Origin: Trueperaceae bacterium | Lineage (GTDB): Bacteria > Deinococcota > Deinococci > Deinococcales > Trueperaceae | Length of the DNA stretch: 64,000 nucleotides | Direction of reading: 5' to 3' | Assembly (NCBI GenBank): GCA_965213925.1 | Contig: OZ243927.1 | Coordinates: forward strand, 3,170,146-3,234,145 | Shown: positions 1 through 8,050 of the stretch, piece by piece | How positions within the stretch are numbered: the first letter of the stretch is position 1 | How the letters are laid out: each line of letters starts with the position of its first letter | Notes under the pieces: model-generated | Told to the model about the DNA's origin: nothing | What the model saw: only the letters and a program-made list of their open reading frames with translations | Databases searched by the model: none | Translations under genes and position numbers: made by a program

Positions 1-1
1 A

Positions 2-295
2 GACCTGCTTCTTGACCCGAGCGAGGAAATGCTCGAGGCGCTAGGCATGGAGTATCCTCAAGCTACCAAGTTTAGAGTTACTTTTTCTGATGTTGATGCT
101 ATAGGAACCTCCAATCAGTTCACGTTCTTTGAAGTGCACAAGGATTTATGGGGTGAGGTGCTACACGCTAATTTTGAAGAAAGGGCTGACCGCAAAATTT
201 GCAACCTTGGAGTGCTGTTCTATCGCGGTGTTGCACAGGTTGGTTATGGCGAAATTGCCTTTGAGTATGGTCGTGCCTTCTTAAACCAGATATAG
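2..295 (+). CDS. hypothetical protein, C-terminal part (gene starts upstream of window)
   Basis: The reading frame is open from nt 2. The listed ORF 29..295 is only the part after the first ATG. GC is lower than in neighbouring genes. No recognisable motif. Confidence 0.35.
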   Translation, partial: DLLLDPSEEMLEALGMEYPQATKFRVTFSDVDAIGTSNQFTFFEVHKDLWGEVLHANFEERADRKICNLGVLFYRGVAQVGYGEIAFEYGRAFLNQI

Positions 296-377
296 GGATT
301 AAGATGAAATCTTCCTCCAAACACTAAGAAAAGCGCGGTACACACGAACACCACCATGTCTATCCTCACAAAAACCC

Positions 378-383
378 TATAAT
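378..383 (+). promoter_or_regulatory. -10 box TATAAT 6 nt upstream of the mutase ATG (candidate leaderless start)
   Basis: Sequence is cccTATAATaaagcATG. There is no Shine-Dalgarno sequence between the box and ATG 389. The -35 region is weak. Confidence 0.4.
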
Positions 384-388
384 AAAGC

Positions 389-2032
389 ATGACTAAAAAA
401 GCCTGGCTCAGCGAGAACTACAAAGAGGCGACCGCCAAGTTCCCCGAGCGCGAGTACCCTTTTCGCACCCTTTCCGACATCGACGTGGACCCCCTCTACA
501 CGCACGACGACCTCGCCGACTTCGACCCAGAAGAAAAACTCGGCTATCCGGGCGAGTACCCCTACACGAGAGGCGTGCAAGCCTCCATGTACCGGGGCAA
601 GCTCTGGACCATGCGGCAGTTCGCGGGCTTCGGCTCCGCTAAACAGACGAACGAGCGCTTTAAGAACCTCTTAGACGCTGGGCAAACAGGTCTTTCAACC
701 GCGTTCGACCTCCCTACACTGATGGGCTACGACGCCGACCATCCGTTTAGCAAGGGCGAGGTCGGCAAAATGGGCGTGGCGGTCTCGTCCTTGGCGGACA
801 TGGAAACGCTCTTTGACGGCATCGACCCCGAAGCCATCACGACCTCCATGACCATCAACAGCCCCGCCAACGCGATCTGGGCGATGTATCTGGCGATGGC
901 GGAGAAGAAGGGTGCCGACCTTAACAAAGTCGGCGGCACGCTTCAAAACGACATCTTGAAGGAGTTTACCGCGCAAAAGGAATATATCTTTCCGCCTGCG
1001 CCCTCGGTGGAACTCGTCATCGACACCTTCGAGTGGGGACCCAAAAACGTGCCCAAGTGGAACTTCATCTCCGTTTCGGGCTATCATATCCGCGAGGCGG
1101 GCGCGACCTCGGTGCAAGAGCTTGCCTTTACGCTCGCGGACGGAATTCATTATGCGCGTAAGGCGTTGGAGCGCGGCTTAGACATCGATGAATTCGCCCC
1201 GCGCATCTCATTCTTCTTCAACGTCCACAACGACTTCTTTGAAGAAATCGCTAAGTTCCGCGCCGCACGTCGTATCTGGGCGAAGCAGATGCGCGAGGTC
1301 TACGGCGCGAAGAACCCTAAGTCGTGGATGCTCCGCACGCACGCGCAAACCGCTGGCGTATCTTTAACGGCGCAGCAGCCGCTGGTGAATATCGCTAGGG
1401 TTGCGATTCAAGCCCTCGCGGGCGTTTTAGGCGGCACGAACAGCCTCCACACCGATTCCTACGACGAAGCTTTAGCCCTGCCTACCGAAGAGGCGGCGCG
1501 GATTGCGCTCCGCACCCAACAGGTCATCGCCTACGAGACGGGCGTGACGAACACCGTTGACCCGCTCGCGGGCTCATACTACTTGGAAACCCTAACGGAC
1601 GAGATGGAGCGTCAGTGCTTAGCCTACTTCGACCAAATCGACGCATTAGGCGGTGTCGAAGGCGCGATTGACGCGGGTTTCTTCGCGAAAGAGATCGGCG
1701 ACGCCTCGTACCAGCAGCAGCGCGAAATCGACAGCAAAGAGCGGCTCATCGTCGGCATGAACGCCTTTGTGAACGACAGCCCGGAAACGCCACTCTTACC
1801 CTTTGATGAAGAGGTCGAGCGAGCGCAACAGGAAAGTTTGGCGCGTATCCGCCAAGAGCGTGACCCGCAAGCGGCTGAGGACGCACTAGACGCTTTAAGG
1901 AACGCTGCTAAGAACAGCGAGAACACCATGCCTGCCTTTATGAAATGCGCCCATGCGTACTGCACCCTGGGCGAACAGATGGATGTGTTGCGCGAGGTGT
2001 ACGGGGTGTATGAGGAGCCTGTGCTGATTTGA
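389..2032 (+). CDS. methylmalonyl-CoA mutase family (B12-dependent acyl-CoA mutase) large catalytic subunit; Phe78/Gln196 signature suggests the isobutyryl-CoA mutase (IcmA) type
   Basis: 547 aa with family motifs [78 protein letters not shown] and TAQQP. There is no fused B12 domain. Confidence 0.9.
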   Translation: MTKKAWLSENYKEATAKFPEREYPFRTLSDIDVDPLYTHDDLADFDPEEKLGYPGEYPYTRGVQASMYRGKLWTMRQFAGFGSAKQTNERFKNLLDAGQTGLSTAFDLPTLMGYDADHPFSKGEVGKMGVAVSSLADMETLFDGIDPEAITTSMTINSPANAIWAMYLAMAEKKGADLNKVGGTLQNDILKEFTAQKEYIFPPAPSVELVIDTFEWGPKNVPKWNFISVSGYHIREAGATSVQELAFTLADGIHYARKALERGLDIDEFAPRISFFFNVHNDFFEEIAKFRAARRIWAKQMREVYGAKNPKSWMLRTHAQTAGVSLTAQQPLVNIARVAIQALAGVLGGTNSLHTDSYDEALALPTEEAARIALRTQQVIAYETGVTNTVDPLAGSYYLETLTDEMERQCLAYFDQIDALGGVEGAIDAGFFAKEIGDASYQQQREIDSKERLIVGMNAFVNDSPETPLLPFDEEVERAQQESLARIRQERDPQAAEDALDALRNAAKNSENTMPAFMKCAHAYCTLGEQMDVLREVYGVYEEPVLI

Positions 2033-2155
2033 CCGATAGCCGAATTCGATACGCTCATGAGAATGAACTTTAGAAGCGTTATAAGTAGTGGAATCGTTGC
2101 TGGCTTGACCATTGTTGTTCTAGGTTTGGCGTGAGTTCCATTCGTCGGTAGCGAC

Positions 2156-2443
2156 ATGGATAGGGTGCTGATAGATGCAGGATTACCCGCTTTAAGGGGT
2201 GGTGCAACGATCTATTTCGGAATTATGTCCTTGTTGTTGGGAGTTTTCGTTGTTTGGTTGTACGCAGCAATTCTTCCTCGCCACGGTCCTAGTTTGAAGA
2301 CAGCCGTAATAGTTTCCTCTGTCATATGGTTTTTCACCTATTTTTGGTCAAATGCTTCAATGGTGGCTTACGGTTTTATGCCGATTAGAATACCGGTTAT
2401 CGGTACCTTGTGGGGACTTGTTGCGTTATACGGATTCCGATGA
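2156..2443 (+). CDS. small hydrophobic membrane protein; possibly a 3' remnant of a longer gene 2057..2443 broken by an in-frame TGA
   Basis: 95 aa with 3 predicted TM stretches. ATG 2057 opens the same frame (MRMNFRSVISSGIVAGLTIVVLGLA) and is stopped by TGA at 2132..2134. Low GC. Confidence 0.45.
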   Translation: MDRVLIDAGLPALRGGATIYFGIMSLLLGVFVVWLYAAILPRHGPSLKTAVIVSSVIWFFTYFWSNASMVAYGFMPIRIPVIGTLWGLVALYGFR

Positions 2444-2453
2444 TAGCGGGAGC

Positions 2454-2514
2454 GAACTAGCCCCAACGGGCCGCTAGCGGGAACGCGCCACGCGTGACGC
2501 TTTGCCCGTTCTAG
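2454..2514 (-). repeat. 61-bp double-hairpin mini-element X1, inverted copy
   Basis: The reverse complement is 61/61 identical to 7696..7756. It contains GGGAACGCGCCACGCGTGACGCTTTGCCC and CTAGCCCCAACGGGCCGCTAG hairpins. Confidence 0.85.
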
Positions 2515-2602
2515 GGTCCACGCGACTGCGTATCATGCCGTTGTGACGTCGCTCGTACGGGCTATTCGTTGACGCTACCACCGGCTGAAGGCTCTTCCAC
2601 TC

Positions 2603-2636
2603 GGGGTAATTCCTAAAGGAATTACCCGGAAACGGT
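2603..2636 (+). repeat. hairpin repeat H (GGGTAATTCC taaa GGAATTACCC GGAAACGGT), copy 1
   Basis: Perfect 10-bp stem. The same core is at 54694..54727, and its 3' half is at 7982..7999. Confidence 0.8.
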
Positions 2637-2818
2637 ATTAGTTGTAGCAGGTGTAGTAGGCGCTCGACTATATAAAGATGGATAGCAAACAATAACGCGA
2701 CCCGTTGCTTCGCATGAACTCGCCGAAGCTCGCCGGTAAACTCACCGTTGGAGTCACCTTTGCACCACTGAGCAAAGTACGGCGTCTATCGACCCCAAAC
2801 CTGCGCTATGATGGCGTT

Positions 2819-3235
2819 ATGGAACAGCATAATATCCGCGTACTCATCGCCAAACCGGGCTTAGACGGTCACGACAGAGGCGCAAAAGTTATCGCCCGCG
2901 CTCTACGTGACGCAGGCATGGAAGTCATCTACACAGGGCTCCGGCAAACGAGTGAGATGATTGTCAACGCCGCCGTGCAAGAGGATGTGGATGTGGTGGG
3001 GCTCTCCATCCTTTCAGGGGCGCACATGCACTACTTTCAAGAGATTATGGCAGGGCTTAAAGAAAGAGGCGCAGAAGATATTATCGTCTTCGGCGGCGGC
3101 ATCGTCCCCGATCAGGATTTGCCTAAGCTCAAAGAGATGGGCGTAGGTGCGATCTTCACGCCTGGCGCGAATACGCAAGAGGTCGTGAAATATCTGCAGG
3201 AGACCGTGCCGGAGAAGCGGGCGCAAGAGGTCTAA
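2819..3235 (+). CDS. acyl-CoA mutase B12-binding small subunit (IcmB/MCM C-terminal domain type)
   Basis: [24 protein letters not shown] carries the DxHxxG cobalamin motif. The start is taken at ATG 2819, 7 nt after TATGAT at 2807..2812. The longer TTG-initiated ORF from 2705 is unlikely to be real. Confidence 0.9.
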   Translation: MEQHNIRVLIAKPGLDGHDRGAKVIARALRDAGMEVIYTGLRQTSEMIVNAAVQEDVDVVGLSILSGAHMHYFQEIMAGLKERGAEDIIVFGGGIVPDQDLPKLKEMGVGAIFTPGANTQEVVKYLQETVPEKRAQEV

Positions 3236-3239
3236 AGGG

Positions 3240-3737
3240 CTAAACTTCGCACGCGCAGCCATATTCAAACGTTATCTTCACAGGCGACTCGAGCCGCTTT
3301 GCGCCGTCCCTGCGATGATGGTAGACGATTCTTGTTTGCGGTTCAAAGATAACTACATCCTTGACGCCGAAAGCGAGGTAAAAGCTCGGCGCGAGTTCTA
3401 AATCTTTGCGTTCGTAGCCTTCGCTGACGATTTCGATAACGGCTTCAGGAACAATCTCTAGTGCGTGCCGCAGCTCAGGTCCAGAGGGTCGGTCGCATAA
3501 GACAGCGATGTCGGGGCGTTTCAAAGAGGTGTCGGGAAACTTGAACATAACATCGGCTAGATGAAAACAGGCACAGTCGCTCTCTTCCTAAGGTCTGATA
3601 CTCGCCCGAATTCGGTCCACCTCAATCTGGTGTTCAGCTACAGGGCTCGCCTCCCAGACAGGCAACCCGCGCACGATTTCTAACCGTACGTTGAGCAGGT
3701 CGGCCTGCATGATAAGGTCTTCGGGCGGGATGCTCAT
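3240..3737 (-). pseudogene. Uma2 (DUF820) family endonuclease interrupted by one in-frame TAG
   Basis: ORFs 3588..3782 and 3240..3548 are in the same frame and read ..IRP*EESDCACFHLADVMFKFPD.., with the stop at 3588..3590. The likely start is ATG 3737 (MSIPPEDLIM). Confidence 0.7.
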
Positions 3738-3765
3738 AGGGGCAGTATAGCAAGGCGCAGCGTCC

Positions 3766-4521
3766 CTACTGCGCTTGGTCATTAAGCCCCCAATCGTAAG
3801 TCATGTACGCCACGTCTAATTCGGGGCTCTCCAAAACCGCCGTCGCCTCTTCGTCCGCGTAAGAGGTCAAATAAGCCGGAACGGACGCGGCAACCGCCGT
3901 AAAGTCCCCTTCGAACCAGTCGAAAATCTTGCTGATGCTGGCGGTGTCTGTCTCCGCGTTGTAGCGGTTTCTCATCGGGTCATTGACGAAAGATTGAGCT
4001 TGCTCGTTGAGTTGTGTCTCGAGCCTGCTGGCTGTATACGCTTCCGTACGGAGTTCAGGGCAACTCGTCGAAGCGCAGACGATAGCGAAATGGATGCGCG
4101 GCTCGTCGAACTCGGCGCGGAGAACCTCGTTCTCGATCTGGTCCAAGCTGTAAGAGGTCCCGTTCACTTCATGCTTCTCTTCGGTGAAAAAGGAGCGTTC
4201 GGGGATGCCCAAAAAATCTCTGGGGCGAATGGATTCGACGGGATAGCGCTCCAACACCTCTCGGAGCGCAAAGGCGTTATAGGCGTTGATCCAAAAAGCT
4301 AAGTGTGCCTGTTCGTCCAGGCTCGAGGGGTCAAACGACGCCAAGCTACCAGTGAGCGTGCGGAGCGCCGAGAGGTCGGCGTTATTCGCCTTCCACGCGG
4401 TGTAGTCTACGCGTCCTTCGCTATTTACGTACTTGTTGAGCAAGGTGTCTAGCTGGGCTTCGTCGTAAGCGAGTGCAAACGAGAGTACGCTAAAAAAGAG
4501 TGTGACCAGAAAAAATCTCAT
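3766..4521 (-). CDS. DUF547 domain-containing secreted protein
   Basis: N-terminal signal peptide MRFFLVTLFFSVLSFALA. Motifs AFWINAYNAF, YSLDQIEN and IHFAIVCASTSCP are typical of DUF547. Confidence 0.8.
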   Translation of the reverse strand: MRFFLVTLFFSVLSFALAYDEAQLDTLLNKYVNSEGRVDYTAWKANNADLSALRTLTGSLASFDPSSLDEQAHLAFWINAYNAFALREVLERYPVESIRPRDFLGIPERSFFTEEKHEVNGTSYSLDQIENEVLRAEFDEPRIHFAIVCASTSCPELRTEAYTASRLETQLNEQAQSFVNDPMRNRYNAETDTASISKIFDWFEGDFTAVAASVPAYLTSYADEEATAVLESPELDVAYMTYDWGLNDQAQ

Positions 4522-4579
4522 CCCTCTTTTTAACGCGCTGCGCGGCTAAACTCAGTTAAACACCCTACTTGACGCAACT

Positions 4580-5695
4580 TTAGAGCTTGCCGAATCTGCT
4601 GAGGTGGCGCTCGAGCCTTCCTAAGCTCTCCACATTGTGACCCGGCGCAAAAACATCGATATAGGGGAGCGCTGTTTGCATCCCGGCGACAACGGGTTCG
4701 TACCCCGGCGCAGCCGCGAGCGGATTGAGCCACACCAGCCGCCGACTCCGCGCTTGGAGGGTGCGCATGGCTCCGCGTAAGGTCTCTAAGTCGCCCGTAT
4801 CCCAGCCGTCACTGACGATAACGACCGCCGTTTTAGGACCGAGCAGCGTGCCGTAGCGCTCAACTAGCTTTTGCAGACACACCCCGATCTTCGTGCCGCC
4901 ACTACGCCCCGGCATCGCTTGCGCCGCGCTCCGCAGCGCTTCGTCAGGACCGCGGTGGCGTAAAAACGGCGTGAGGCGGTACAGCTCCGTGCTAAAGCCG
5001 AAGACCTCGATCTGTCCGAGCCTGCGCTGCTGCATAAAAGCGTAGGCGAGTTGGAGCAAGAAGGCATTGTGGGCAAGCATGGAGCCGCTCACGTCGAACA
5101 CGAAAATGAGGCGCGTTTTGCCCTGCGCGTAACGCTTGTAAATGAGGTTGAGCATCTCGCCGTGAGAGAGGCTCCGCCGCACGGAGCGGCGCAGGTCGGC
5201 GCGTCTGCCTCTGGTGGTGGGGACGGTGCGCCTCGAGCGCTTTGTTGCCAACCTCTTGGCGAGTCGCGCCGCCGCGCGGTTAAGTGCTCCCACTTCACTC
5301 GTGGGCGGCGCGCTGCCTGCTATCTTAGCCTCGGCGGGGCTGTAACTCATCGTCTGGAACACCTCATCGCCTTCTTCGTTCTCGGCCCAATCCGACACCG
5401 CTGCGCCCTGCGTTTTCTGTTTAGGAGGTTGCGGCGGCGGCAAATCCGTTCTCGCAATGTCGAGCGAGCCGCCGAAATAGAGGTCGAAGGTTTCGTCGAA
5501 TTGAGCACGCTCTTTAGGGCTACGCGCGAAGAGGAGACGCAGTGCGGTGTGGACTTCGGTTTTATCTGTCGGGTTGACTTTCTCTAGGGTTTGCAACGCC
5601 AGCGCAACCTCCGCCGCGCCCGCTTTGAAGCCTTGTCCACGCAAGAGGTGAGCAAAGGTCAAGAGGTTGGCTTCTAGGGTTTCGGGGTACTTCAC
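4580..5695 (-). CDS. VWA domain-containing CoxE-like protein
   Basis: VFDVSGSM MIDAS motif, C-terminal VWA fold and a basic linker. Its start lies 4 nt downstream of the stop of the MoxR ATPase gene. Confidence 0.8.
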   Translation of the reverse strand: MKYPETLEANLLTFAHLLRGQGFKAGAAEVALALQTLEKVNPTDKTEVHTALRLLFARSPKERAQFDETFDLYFGGSLDIARTDLPPPQPPKQKTQGAAVSDWAENEEGDEVFQTMSYSPAEAKIAGSAPPTSEVGALNRAAARLAKRLATKRSRRTVPTTRGRRADLRRSVRRSLSHGEMLNLIYKRYAQGKTRLIFVFDVSGSMLAHNAFLLQLAYAFMQQRRLGQIEVFGFSTELYRLTPFLRHRGPDEALRSAAQAMPGRSGGTKIGVCLQKLVERYGTLLGPKTAVVIVSDGWDTGDLETLRGAMRTLQARSRRLVWLNPLAAAPGYEPVVAGMQTALPYIDVFAPGHNVESLGRLERHLSRFGKL

Positions 5696-5698
5696 GTT

Positions 5699-6643
5699 TT
5701 ACTTCAAAGCGAGTTGAAGCTGCCGGTAGGCTTGCTCCAAAGTGAGGGCTTCGTTGCCGGGCTCGAGCACTACCAAAGCCGCCAAGAGCGCGTCTAACCA
5801 GCTCGAGCGAAAGCGCCTTTGGTCTTCACTGTGCTTGAGCAGAGCACTCACCGTCGTCTGGAGCGAGTCACGGTCAAGCCGCTCGACGTTCATGACCGCC
5901 AAAGCCGCTGCCCAGTCCAAACTCTCCGCCACCCCGGGCGGTTTGTCCAGCGTCAAACGGCGCAGAAGCTGCACCACCGAGACGAGTTGCGCGCTCATCT
6001 GCTCGCTCAACCCCGGCACGCTGACCCGGACGATCTGCAATTCTTTATCGAAAGGCGGATAGTCGATCCAGAGGTACAAGCAGCGCCGCCGCAGCGCGTC
6101 CGAAAGCTCGCGGACGCGGTTGCTCGTCAGGATAGTGTGAGGCACCTCTTTCGCGGTAAGCGTGCCCAACTCGGGGATACTGACCTGCCAGTCGGAGAGG
6201 AGTTCGAGTAAAAACGCCTCGAACTCCTCGTCGGCGCGGTCGATCTCGTCAATCAGTAAAACAGGTGCGGTGTCAGCGCGAATGGCTTTGAGGAGGGGTC
6301 GCTGCAGTAAAAAGTCGGCGCTAAAGATTTCGGCTTCGCGCTCGTTTAGGGCTTGTCCTGCGCCTTCGGTCATGCGGATATGCAAGAGTTGCTTCTGATA
6401 GTTCCACTCGTAGATGGCGGTGCTCGAGTCCAGCCCCTCATAGCACTGCAAGCGGATGAGTTCAGTCTCTAAGGTCCGCGCCATCGCCAAGGCGATGGCT
6501 GTTTTGCCGACGCCCGCCGGTCCCTCGATGAGGAGGGGTCGCCCTAACGCCGCGGCGAGGTGAATCGCGGTGGCGATCTCCCTGTCCGCGACGTAACCCT
6601 GCGCTGCTAAGTTCGCCTGAATCCGCTCGATGTCAGTCTGCAT
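5699..6643 (-). CDS. MoxR/CoxD-like AAA+ ATPase
   Basis: Walker A GPAGVGKT and Walker B LLIDEIDRA, 314 aa. Co-oriented with the VWA partner gene. Confidence 0.85.
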   Translation of the reverse strand: MQTDIERIQANLAAQGYVADREIATAIHLAAALGRPLLIEGPAGVGKTAIALAMARTLETELIRLQCYEGLDSSTAIYEWNYQKQLLHIRMTEGAGQALNEREAEIFSADFLLQRPLLKAIRADTAPVLLIDEIDRADEEFEAFLLELLSDWQVSIPELGTLTAKEVPHTILTSNRVRELSDALRRRCLYLWIDYPPFDKELQIVRVSVPGLSEQMSAQLVSVVQLLRRLTLDKPPGVAESLDWAAALAVMNVERLDRDSLQTTVSALLKHSEDQRRFRSSWLDALLAALVVLEPGNEALTLEQAYRQLQLALK

Positions 6644-7695
6644 GAGGCTTCAGTTTAACCCGAAGCGGGGGTCAGGGATTGGGGGTTTGCTCGAGTTCTT
6701 GGCGGAGATTACTGTACATTTGAGTTGTGGCGTGCGTGATGGGATGGTTGATTCCTAACCTTTCGTTGTATAAGTACCCACACAGAGATAAGCTAAAATG
6801 TCGGTATGGGGCAGATCAGATATGTCGAGTTAGGTGAAGACGAACGCCGAGCACTCGAGCGCGAGTACCGAACAGGCAAAACTCACAGTTATCGTCAGCG
6901 GTGTAAAGGGGTGTTACTCAAGCGCGAGCGGCGCACCTCGGCAGAGGTAGCGAAGCAGGTGGGTTGCGACCAGGTCACAGTCGACATCTAGCTAGAGCGC
7001 TCTAGACAAGGAGGTATTGAGGGACCAAGAACCCTCTGGGGTAGGGGGCGCGAGCCGATCCTCGAAGAGGCTGACTTGGCTAAGGTAAGAGAGGTTGTAG
7101 CTGAACACCGTCAGGAACTCTCGGTTGCTAGAGAAGAGCCCGAGCAGATGCTAGGCAAGTCCTTTAGCGAGGAGACCTTGAAACGCTTTGTCAAAAAACC
7201 GCCGATATACCCTGTTCGGGGCACAGGTAAACGAATCCGAGAGCGTCCCCTCGAAGAGCCGTGCCCGGAGTTCTGCAGCCTCGAAGTCGAAGGATTAGCG
7301 CTACTCGAACAGATGAGTGCGTCTAACCTGCTCGACCTCTACTACGCTGACGAGTGCCGCGTCTCGCTCGACCCCGTCGTCCCCTATGCTCGGCAGTTCA
7401 AGGGTGAGGACGTGTGGACGCCTACAAGTCGAGGTCCGGGACTCAACTGTCTCGGACTGATTCGCCGGAACAGCGCCTCGCTTTTCGAGGTCAGCGTCCC
7501 TACACGGTCGAATTTCTAGCCGAGCGGCTTGAACGTCTTTCTCTGAAGCTCAGCAGAGGAACTGTGATCGTCCTGGATAACGCCAAGATACATACCGCTA
7601 AAGCTATACAGGAACGTCGCCCTAGCTGGGAGCGGCGTGGGCTCACCCTCTTCTACCCACCTATTCACCGCATCTCAACCTAGCCGAAATCCTCT

Positions 7696-7756
7696 CTAGA
7701 ACGGGCAAAGCGTCACGCGTGGCGCGTTCCCGCTAGCGGCCCGTTGGGGCTAGTTC
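7696..7756 (+). repeat. 61-bp mini-element X1 inserted in the IS630 copy-1 transposase gene
   Basis: Removing it restores ..AEILWRKLK.., which matches IEILWRELK in IS630 copy 2. Identical to the copy at 2454..2514. Confidence 0.85.
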
Positions 7757-7776
7757 GGCGCAAGCTCAAGTGCGAG

Positions 7777-7842
7777 ACAGGTGATCGCGTAAAGCGAAGT
7801 CGCGTGGTCCCGCTCCCGCTAGCCGCCGTTGGCGGTAACCTT
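7777..7842 (+). repeat. 66-bp mini-element X2 inserted in the IS630 copy-1 transposase gene (in frame, 22 codons)
   Basis: Removing it restores ..KLKCEWLRPQDY... 66/66 identical to the reverse complement of 59495..59560. Encodes TGDRVKRSRVVPLPLAAVGGNL. Confidence 0.85.
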
Positions 7843-8050
7843 TGGCTCAGACCCCAGGACTACCTCCGCTTTGAACACCTTCGTTACGCCGCGCAGCTTG
7901 CCTTAGCCGCTGTCGGCTCACTGCTCAACATCAACTTCGCTAAACCAAAACTCGGTTTAGATTAAATCTGTTGAGGTACTTATTACCCGGAAACGGTATA
8001 TAAGAGTTCAGGAGAGGTCTGCTGGACTGCCAGCCCTGGCTTAAGCCAGA

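Larger units (their letters stand above)
6770..7982 (+). mobile_element. IS630-family element, copy 1, decayed (several frameshifts plus two mini-element insertions)
   Basis: Imperfect terminal inverted repeats TAAGTACCCACACAGAG / TAAGTACCTCAACAGAT, with TA at both junctions. Transposase pieces are at 6806..6991, 7076..7519, 7414..7683 and 7744..7965, and include the HTH and the DDE_3 C-terminus ..WLRPQDY..NINFAKPKLG. Confidence 0.85.

Noticed and set aside
2132-2134. TGA as a selenocysteine or recoding site.
   Set aside because: No SECIS-like stem-loop follows it, the context is a hydrophobic membrane segment, and the surrounding region is full of pseudogenes.
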